Shown here: positions 1 to 9,260 of the stretch, one piece after another
Position numbering within the stretch: position 1 is the first letter of the stretch
How the letters are laid out: every line of letters begins with the position of its first letter
Assembly: GCA_965202585.1 (NCBI GenBank)
Contig: OZ241831.1
Location: forward strand, 14,694,001 to 14,758,000
Direction: 5' to 3'
Origin: Thalia democratica
Lineage: Eukaryota
Length of the DNA stretch: 64,000 bases
Notes under the pieces: generated by a model
The model's input: only the letters and a program-made list of their open reading frames with translations
Database searches by the model: none
Told to the model about the DNA's origin: nothing
Made by a program: the position numbers and the translations under genes

Positions 1-623
1 AAAACATCATTAAATGTTCAAAGCAACAAAATTACAGTTCAAAAATGACTGCATAAAAATTGAAGTGTTTATGTTTACTAAGTGAAGATTTGTTTAAATA
101 AACTTTAATTGATTTACTGCTTAAAGTAGTTTCTAAGTGTAATAAAAACTAGATTCATTACAATGTTCTGCACAATTTAGACAGTTGACTAAATGTTTTG
201 CTGTGGTATATTTTAAAAAAGGTTGTTAAATCAACTCTAACTTGATATAAATGTAATTTCAAAATGTATTCTTTATTCTCAGGTGTTTTGAGCACTTCTG
301 TTGTAACAACAGCATTTAAATTTCTAACATGTTAACAATTAGCTAATGTGTTTGTTTGATTTTTGTGTCTTTTCCTTTTAAAACAGGGTATTTACTTATT
401 TGAAAACTGTACATTGCTTAAGCACTCGTACTATCATAGCTGAACAGTTTTACGAAGCTTACGTTGAAGCAAATAAAAAAAAAGAATAGGTAAAGGCAAG
501 AAAAACTTAAATTATTTGTTAGTTAGAACAAAGTGAGCTCTAAACATAAGAAACACTTAAGCAAATAAGCTACAAGTTTCAGACAGCTCATTGGTTTATA
601 ACAACTTTTTATCGTTTTCGAAC

Positions 624-747
624 GCCTACGACCATACCACACTGAACACACCCCATCTCGTCCGATCTGGGAAGTTAAAAAAGTGTCGGGCTTAAAGGTT
701 AGTACTTAGATGGGTGACCGCTTGGGAATACCGCGTGCCGTAGGCTT
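624..747 (+). rRNA. 5S: 5S rRNA-derived gene, variant (possible pseudogene), copy 1
   Basis: GCCTACGACCATACCAC...GTTAGTACTTAGATGGGTGACCGCTTGGGAATAC...GTAGGC followed by TTTT; 124 nt, about 4 nt longer than canonical. Confidence 0.88.
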
Positions 748-754
748 TTATTTT
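746..754 (+). terminator. Pol III oligo-T terminator of the 5S (same after every copy)
   Basis: TTTTATTTT directly after GTAGGC. Confidence 0.75.
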
Positions 755-939
755 CAAGCTCTTGTTTGTTGGATTAATTCTTCATACTTATTATGAAAGT
801 TTCTAGTTTATCTTAAACATTTTTCAATAATAAATGACACACTAACTATACTGTCATTTAGTTGTAGACTTATTTTGTCTGTTGCTTTCATTTTGCTATT
901 TATATAAAAGCCATAACTTTATTTTTTATAAGCGTTTCG

Positions 940-3900
940 TTCTGCTCTAGACTTTTAACAAATATAACTTGAAATAAACAGTTGCAGTAGTTTTTAGTTA
1001 TCAAGTTGTCTCATACACAGTCTTCAATAAAGTTACAAAGCTGTTTACTTCTTTTCCTTTGCATAATGTTTCAGCTATTGGTTTTTTTACGCGTTGATGT
1101 TTTATGTTAAAAATCCATAAGCAACTAAGTTTAATAAAACAAGTCTAAGATTTGTAAAAAAAAAATTCAACTTTGCTATTCATGACAGTTGTACTGAAAT
1201 TGAATATTTTTTGGTCGTTTTTTTTCTTTAGAACAATCACTGTTGTTTACATTTATTTATTTTTGAAAATACATTTTGATAAGCATGATCAGTATAATTT
1301 TCATGAATAAACCTCTACTGTTCAAGTATTTTTAAAAATAATACGAAATTTATTAAAACTAACTGTTTTATTTTCATTCCATAATGAAATTACTTTTTAT
1401 AGTGACGTAGAACAAGTTTTAAAAATTAAGTTTAGTATTTACTAAATTAAAAAAAAAGTCTACGAAGTAAGCATAATTGAGAATTTTTTTTTGTCTAAAT
1501 AAAGAAGTTAACAAGAAAAAGCCTTTGGACAACACGTTTAAGTTAGTTGAAGCTTTTTATGAAACATCAAATTACAACTAGTTAACAAAACTTATTCCAC
1601 GATTTAGGCAATACTTTCAAAACATAACTAGCTCTCTTATTAAAAGTTGCTTAGAATGTCCAGTAAAAGTACAAAGGCAATAGTAAGTATGCATAACTAG
1701 GTGACAAAAGAAAAGACAGAAAAAATATTATTTAGAAGTAAAATGGGTCATTCAACTAGCTCTAACTCTTACTTTTGATCTTTACCACCACAAAGTTGGT
1801 TGAGTTGCACATTTTTGTTGTTTAGTTAAAGCTTGTTTAACACTGCTTAGTAGACTTTAAAGCTGGTTAAATAAACTGGTTGTCCTGATTACATTAGATT
1901 AACTTGATAAAGCTATAAGCAATGCTAGATCAACTAAAAGATGTAAGCTTTTTAAAGTTATAGATTCGAAATGTTCTGTTTCGTTCATGTTGTGATGCAT
2001 ATATGTTGTTTTTTGTTTATGTATTTATGAGTTGTAATGCATGTTTTAAATGTGTTTTAGTTAAAGTTATTTTCTGAAACGATACAACATAAATTAGACC
2101 CAAAGCTAAACTAGTTTTCAACTTGATAAATCTGTGAACAATTTGAGTTCAATAAAAAGCTTTGTAAAAAGAATTCGGTTGTAATACATGATGGTTGTTG
2201 TACTGAAATTGCAGTTTTGTTGATTTTTTTATTTTGGTTTGAACAGCTTCTGTTGATTTAAACTGTTTTATTTAGTTTGAGTTGCATTGTAATAAAAAGA
2301 AATAATAAATTTTAGAAACTACTGGTTTATTAGATTGTAATTGTTAATATCCAAAGTTAAGTTTGTTTTATTATAATTTAATGTATTATTTTCATTTAAA
2401 ATCTAATAATTTTTACAGTGACGTAGAACAGCATTTTTTAAATAAACTAAATACTTTTTCAATTTTACAAAAAGAAGTATACAAAATAAGCATAACGGGA
2501 ATAAGTTTTGTTTAAAGAAAGAAGTTTACAAGAAAATCTTATGGACACAAAAATCAAGTTAGTTGAAGCTTTCTGCGAAACGTTTATTTATTTGTAATGT
2601 AACAGACTTAAGCAATGGTTTTTAAATGCAACTAGCTCCCTCCTCAAAAGTAGTTTAAAATGTCATGTAAGAGAACAAAAACAATTGTAAATTCAAGTAT
2701 GTGACAAAAAGTTAAAACACAAAAGTATAAGTTAGAAGTAAACTGTTTTATACAAACATTCTAACTCACCTTTTACCAGCACAAAAAACATTAAGTTTGG
2801 TTCGTTTTTGTCGTCTAGTTAGAGCTTGTTTAATGCTGCTTAGTGGACATTGATATCTGGCTGAATCAGTTGGTGGTCCTTATCACTTTAGACTTATAAC
2901 AGAAATGACTATAGACTGTAAAAGTCGTTTTAAGTCATCAAGTTGTCTCACATATAGTTGTAACAAGTAATACAAATGAGTGGTGACAAGCTGTTACTTC
3001 TTTTCCTTTCAGCTTAAAAATTGAGTTCTTTCATGTATTCGACTAGTTAAGCAATCAAAAACAAACTAAATAGATGTCAGCTTTGTAAAATAAAAGTTTT
3101 AATGATAAGCTTTCATCAACTATTTCAGCTATTTTTGTTTTGGTAAATCGCGTACTTGTTTATAGTGTTGTTTTTCTTTGAACAATCGATGTTGTTTACA
3201 TTTATGTATTTTAATGTATGATTTTTAAATTACTATGCATGTTTTTAATCGTGTTTTAGTTGTAATTAAACTATATTTTTTGTGAAACAAATATTGTTTG
3301 TTGTTAACAATTGAAAACATACTTTGTTGATAAACCAAAGTAAGTTTTATTCTTATTACTATTTAAGTGTACTATTTTCATTGAAAAATATAAATAGTTT
3401 TTAAAGTGACGTAGCGTAACTTTTTTTAATAAGTTAAAAAACAAATAATTATTGAATGTTTAAGAAAAGTGCACAAAGTAAGAACGAATAAGATAGAGTT
3501 CTTAGAAAAAAAAGATATCAAGAAGAAAAAGACATCCAAGTTAGTTAATTATGTTAAGCATTCAATTACAGTAGTTGTTACATCAAGTTGTCTAACACCT
3601 AGTCTAAACAAGTAACTTTACCATGAAAATAATAAAACAAGCATTTTTTAACCGTGTTTAAGCTAATGAGTTGGTTTGTATCATAGGGTGATGTTTTGGC
3701 TTGAAATGATATCTTAAATAAGCTAAATAGATGTCAGCCTTGTAGGTGGGAATACTTAAATGTGTTTGAAATTCACATTTGTTATCTTTTGTTCTGAACT
3801 TTTATTTCTATTTATATACTTATAACTTTTTAAAGCATTTTACATGGTTTTAACTGCATTTAAGTTGATAAAAAGAAGACGTTTAAAAGTTAAACCTTTG

Positions 3901-4312
3901 TTGTGTTGCTGATAATCAACAACAACAACTTAAAAATGTAACAAAAACTAAGGTTTTTTTTGTTATAAGTTAAGTATACGTTACTGTATTATTTTTTTTA
4001 AACACTTATTTACTGAATGTTTTAACAGAAATTCAACAAATGAACAAGAAGTTGTATAGAAAAAAAAAGTTCACGGACAACGTATTGAAGTTAGTTAAAT
4101 CCTTTTTTACATATACTACTGTTTTTTCAAATTAGACTTGAGCAATGGTAACCATAAGATTAAAACTTGAAAGCACGACAAATTTTAAATCAAACAACTA
4201 AGGTGTTTGATCTTTTAATTCTTATAACAACCAGTTTGTTTGTACAATTATCAATTTGTGGCTTGTACTTGAAGTAGATATCAATAGCCGGTTTTGTTCA
4301 AATGGTGGTCCT
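940..4312. repeat. Degenerate ~1-kb tandem modules in spacer 1 (4 modules, third truncated)
   Basis: Recurring AGTGACGTAG (1401, 2417, 3405), AAGTTAGTT (~1540, ~2557, ~3538, ~4088), TGGT(G/T)GTCCT (1877, 2871, 4303); left boundary approximate. Confidence 0.8.
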
Positions 4313-4322
4313 AAAAAGGACC
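4307..4322 (-). terminator. Histone 3' stem-loop of H2B (present in all sets)
   Basis: Minus strand GGTCCT-TTTT-AGGACC followed by ACCA. Confidence 0.95.
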
Positions 4323-4335
4323 GGTTGTTGAGCAT

Positions 4336-4695
4336 TTATTTTGAGCTGGTGTACTTGGTAACAGCTTTAGTTCCCTCTGAAACTGCGTGCTTTGACAACT
4401 CGCCGGGGAGCAAGAGCCTGACAGCAGTTTGAATTTCGCGGCTGCTCACAGTTGACCTCTTGTTGTAATGAGCCAAACGTGAAGCCTCTGCTGCAATGCG
4501 CTCGAAGATGTCGTTGACAAATGAGTTCATGATTCCCATCGCCTTGCTGGAAATTCCGGTGTCGGGGTGCACTTGCTTCAAAACTTTGTACACGTAGATG
4601 CCAAAGCTTTCTTTGTGCCTCCTCCTTCGCTTCTTCTTGCCGTCGACCGGGGTGGTCTTGGCTACTGACTTCTTCGCGCCTTTGGTTGCGGTCAT
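4336..4695 (-). CDS. H2B: Histone H2B, set 1
   Basis: [19 protein letters not shown]...[16 protein letters not shown]; stem-loop downstream. Confidence 0.99.
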   Translation of the reverse strand: MTATKGAKKSVAKTTPVDGKKKRRRRHKESFGIYVYKVLKQVHPDTGISSKAMGIMNSFVNDIFERIAAEASRLAHYNKRSTVSSREIQTAVRLLLPGELSKHAVSEGTKAVTKYTSSK

Positions 4696-4727
4696 GACGA
4701 TGTGTGAACTTCAGTCTCGGCGCCAGC

Positions 4728-4755
4728 TTATATACTGAAAGTTTATGCAAATTAG
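4728..4755 (-). promoter_or_regulatory. H2B promoter: TATA (TATATAA) and octamer CTAATTTGCATA
   Basis: + strand TTATATA 4728-4734 and TATGCAAATTAG 4744-4755; ATTTGCAT on coding strand as in vertebrate and sea urchin H2B promoters. Confidence 0.8.
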
Positions 4756-4824
4756 CATTTCCGTACGCGAACGACAGCCTCTCTCATTTTATGATTCTCT
4801 CGTTTGTCGTAAATATTTTTAGGT

Positions 4825-4840
4825 GGTCCTGAAAAGGACC
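4825..4840 (-). terminator. Histone 3' stem-loop of H2A (all sets)
   Basis: Minus strand GGTCCT-TTTC-AGGACC-ACC. Confidence 0.95.
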
Positions 4841-4854
4841 TGGTTTGTTTTAAC

Positions 4855-5235
4855 TTAGGCTAATTTTTTTGAAGCGGTCTTCTTGGGCAATAATACTGCC
4901 TGGATGTTTGGAAGAACACCTCCTTGAGCAATAGTGACGCCGCCGAGAAGTTTGTTCAACTCTTCGTCGTTGCGGATAGCTAGTTGCAAATGGCGGGGAA
5001 TGATCCTGCTTTTCTTGTTGTCACGAGCAGCGTTACCGGCAAGCTCGAGCACTTCTGCGCTCAAATACTCGAGAACGGCAGCCAGATAAACTGGAGCACC
5101 AGCTCCGACTCTTTGGCTGTAGTTGCCAGTGCGCAACAGGCGGTGCACGCGACCGACTGGAAACTGCAGTCCTGCACGAGAAGACCTGCTCTTCGGCTTA
5201 GATTTGAGTTTTGATCCTTTACCACGTCCCGACAT
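4855..5235 (-). CDS. H2A: Histone H2A, set 1 (C-terminus KKLA; KKSA in other sets)
   Basis: MSGRGK...[12 protein letters not shown]...VLLPKK; ATG at 5235, the longer ORF in the track starts at a GTG. Confidence 0.99.
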   Translation of the reverse strand: MSGRGKGSKLKSKPKSRSSRAGLQFPVGRVHRLLRTGNYSQRVGAGAPVYLAAVLEYLSAEVLELAGNAARDNKKSRIIPRHLQLAIRNDEELNKLLGGVTIAQGGVLPNIQAVLLPKKTASKKLA

Positions 5236-5313
5236 CTTGTTGTTCGAATGATTGTGCCAAGATGCTCGCACAGCTCTGTATAAAACTCAAACCTAACCGC
5301 GTCGAACGAACAA

Positions 5314-5325
5314 CTAATTTGCATA
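5314..5325. promoter_or_regulatory. Octamer 12-mer upstream of H2A
   Basis: CTAATTTGCATA on + strand. Confidence 0.7.
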
Positions 5326-5398
5326 TGTCGTAGCTGCTCTTTAATCTTGTCAAAATGTTTGTTCATCAGTGTTGAAGAAATTTGATTTTGAAATGGGT

Positions 5399-5414
5399 GG
5401 TCCTAAAAAGGACC
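5399..5414 (-). terminator. Histone 3' stem-loop of H4 (all sets)
   Basis: Minus strand GGTCCT-TTTT-AGGACC-ACCC. Confidence 0.95.
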
Positions 5415-5429
5415 GAGTTTGCTAGATGT

Positions 5430-5774
<345 letters not shown>

Positions 5775-5827
5775 TTATTTATAAGCTGTTACGGACGCGT
5801 ACGGTTACTACTAAACTAATTTGCATA
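5775..5827 (-). promoter_or_regulatory. H4 promoter: TATAAAT box and octamer 12-mer
   Basis: Minus strand TATAAATAAA near 5775-5783; + strand CTAATTTGCATA 5816-5827. Confidence 0.7.
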
Positions 5828-5899
5828 CTCAGAAAAGTCTCTAACTTACATTCTTTCGTTTGGTTTATTTTTTCTCACTATCAAACAAAGTTTAAAAGT

Positions 5900-5915
5900 G
5901 GCCCTGAAAAGGACC
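5900..5915 (-). terminator. Histone 3' stem-loop of H3 (all sets)
   Basis: Minus strand GGTCCT-TTTC-AGGGCC-AC (one G:U pair). Confidence 0.93.
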
Positions 5916-5930
5916 GGTTTTAGCTAATGC

Positions 5931-6598
<668 letters not shown>

Positions 6599-6626
6599 TC
6601 ATGTTTTGTTAATATTTTGATTGAGT

Positions 6627-6642
6627 GGTCCTGAAAAGGACC
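6627..6642 (-). terminator. Histone 3' stem-loop of H1 (all sets)
   Basis: Minus strand GGTCCT-TTTC-AGGACC-AC. Confidence 0.93.
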
Positions 6643-6659
6643 TTGGGTAAAAGAACAAC

Positions 6660-7244
6660 TTATTTTTTACAGCTCTTCTTGGTACTTGCCTTCTTAGATG
6701 CTTTTTTGGCTACCGGCTTCTTCTTGGTTACTTTCTTCTTCTTGCTTGCAGCTTTTTTAGATGCTGCTTTCTTAGGAGCACACTTTTTAGCAGGTCGCTT
6801 TTTGGCTGCTGGTTTTTTCGCTGCCTTCTTGGGAGCACACTTCTTTACTCGTTTCTTTGCTGCGGCCTTCTTTACTGCTGGCTTTTTAGCTACTTTTTTT
6901 GTCCTCTTCTTGGGACCAGCAGCTGGCATTGGAGCAAGCTTGAACGAGCCGGAAGCGCCTTTTCCAGTAGTCTGGAGAAAAGAACCTTTGGCCACGCCGC
7001 TGGTAAGTGCTCTCTTCAAGTGAGAATTAGAAGCTGAGAGGTCAAGCTTGTAGGTGTCCGTGATATATTTTTGTATCTTCTGGCGGGATGTACCTTTTCG
7101 TTCCTTCATTGCTCCCAGGGCAGAGCTAATCATCTCCTTGTAAGTCGGGTGTTCTGCCTTCTTGGCGCTTGGTCTCTTGGAAGACCTGGCCTTGGCTGCG
7201 GCCGCCGCTGCTACTGCTGGTGCTGCTACTGCTGTGGTAGACAT
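6660..7244 (-). CDS. H1: Linker histone H1, set 1 (194 aa)
   Basis: Winged-helix globular domain HPTYKEMI...G.S...I.KYI...GKGASGSFKL; Lys/Ala-rich tail; stem-loop. Confidence 0.97.
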   Translation of the reverse strand: MSTTAVAAPAVAAAAAAKARSSKRPSAKKAEHPTYKEMISSALGAMKERKGTSRQKIQKYITDTYKLDLSASNSHLKRALTSGVAKGSFLQTTGKGASGSFKLAPMPAAGPKKRTKKVAKKPAVKKAAAKKRVKKCAPKKAAKKPAAKKRPAKKCAPKKAASKKAASKKKKVTKKKPVAKKASKKASTKKSCKK

Positions 7245-8944
7245 TTTGTATGTATTTTAAAGCAACCGAAACAATACTTTCAGTAGTTACTGACTGTGAC
7301 GAATTGACTGTTGAGCAGTTTTACTTTGTGAAGTACCTTTTACTGATTAATACGAGCATTAGGATGTGAGTTTAAAGCGCATATGCTCATAAAAGCATAG
7401 TTATTTTTTTACGAACGTCAAAAACATTCCAGTGACAAAGAAACCAGACTTAGCCTGGTCGGAAACAGAGTTTTTTTTAAAGCTTAGCTTTAAAGGTCCA
7501 GAAAAACAGTCTAAAAGTTACAGCACACCTCTGCATTTAATGATATAAACCTCAAATGAAACAAAATATATTACTACACATCCGGTTTAGTTTTCTTCAG
7601 CTGCAAACTTAAAACTGTAAGATTTTAGACAAGCACAAGTATTTTTTTCCACTTCAAGCTTAAGTTAAGTTTTATTATTTTAATTTCATTCGGTTTTGTC
7701 AATTGTAAAACCCATGAAGTATGTTTAACTTGATTACAACTTTAACTGTGCTGGTTAGTAAAAAGTAATTCATAAACAAACACAAATATTTAATTTATGA
7801 TACTTTACAAGTTATCATTACTTTAAGTATACTTATATTCAAAATGGCAGTACTAAACCACATAAAAAAACTTAAGTAGATAAGTTTTGAATTTGTTCTT
7901 CCACATACTAGTAACTTACCTTTTCAAAAATGTTCTGAACAGTAGCCATACAAAACTTGTTAAAAAGCTAGAAACTAATGTTTAACAAAGTTTGTTATAT
8001 AAAACAGTCCCAACTAGTTACTAGTATTTCACAGTTAGAAAAATTTGAAACAACTTTTTAAAACTATTACACAGTTGTTTTGATTTTTTAACAACGTTTT
8101 ATTTGTTATACTCGAAGCTGAACTAAGAACTTTTTCTTTGTAGAATTCATGAAAAGAAAGCGAAAAAATGGATTTGATCGTAACTTTCCAAAACAAGACA
8201 AAATAACTTACACTTAAATGAATATCAGTACTGTTCACTTATGTTCAAAGAAAAGGACCGAAATTTCAATATGAAGTTTAAAAGAGTTGCTTATTTTGAG
8301 ACGAAAACTTTACTTAAAAAAAGAGGTTAGGCTAATTTTAAAAGTAACAAAAGTACAGTTCAAAAATGACTGCATAATGATAGAAGTGTTTATGTTTACT
8401 AAGTGAAGATTTGTTTAAATAAACTTTAATTGATTTACTGCTTAAAGAAGTTTCTAAGTGTAATAAAAACTAGATTCATTACAATGTTCTGCACAATTTA
8501 GACAGTTGACTAAATGTTTTGCTGTGGTATATTTCAAAAAAGGTTGTTAAATCAACTCTAACTTGATATAAATGTAAATTCAAAATGTATTCTTTATTCT
8601 CAGGTGTTTTGAGCACTTCTGTTGTAACAACAGCTTTTAAATTTCTAACATGTTAACAATTAGCTAATGTGTTTGTTTGATTTTTGTGTCTTTTCCTTTT
8701 AAAACAGGGTATTTACTTATTTGAAAACTGTACGTTGCTTTTGCACTCGTACTATCATAGCTGAACAGTTTTACGAAGCTTACTTTGAAGCAAAAAAAAA
8801 AAAAGAATAAGTAAAGGCAAGAAAAACTTAAATTATTTGTTAGTTAGAACAAAGTGAGCTCTAAACATAAGAAACACTTAAGCAAATAAGCTACAAGTTT
8901 CAGACAGTTCATTGGTTTATAACAACTTTTTATCGTTTTCGAAC

Positions 8945-9068
8945 GCCTACGACCATACCACACTGAACACACCCCATCTCGTCCGATCTGGGAAGTTAAA
9001 AAAGTGTCGGGCTTAAAGGTTAGTACTTAGATGGGTGACCGCTTGGGAATACCGCGTGCCGTAGGCTT
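8945..9068 (+). rRNA. 5S: 5S rRNA variant, copy 2
   Basis: Same sequence as 624-747 by eye. Confidence 0.88.
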
Positions 9069-9260
9069 TTATTTTCAAGCACTTATTTGTTGGATTTATT
9101 CTTCATACTTATTATGAAAGTTTCTAGTTTATCTTAAACATTTTTCAACAATAAATGACACACTAACTAGACTGTCATTTAGTTGTAGACTTATTTTGTC
9201 TGTTGCTTTCATTTTGCTATTTATATAAAAGCCATAACTATATTTTTTATAAGCGTTTCG

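Noticed and set aside
940-4312. Spacer repeats as CRISPR array or short satellite
   Set aside because: Eukaryotic locus; period is ~1 kb with diverged continuous homology and no repeat-spacer alternation
5236-5271. 12-aa N-terminal extension of H2A in the ORF track (all sets)
   Set aside because: Starts at GTG in the 5' UTR/promoter region; canonical MSGRGK begins at 5235
8035-8238. 67-aa minus-strand ORF upstream of H1 in each unit
   Set aside because: GTG start, AT-rich composition, no hairpin or promoter, and inter-unit changes are non-synonymous
8327-8339. TTAGGCTAATTTT matching the set-1 H2A 3' end
   Set aside because: Matches only a private set-1 variant in AT-rich sequence; most likely chance
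7300-8940. Possible U1/U2/U7 snRNA, SL RNA or tRNA in the spacer, as in some histone-5S units
   Set aside because: No recognisable 5' signatures, Sm sites with hairpins or cloverleaf found by eye; cmscan would be decisive
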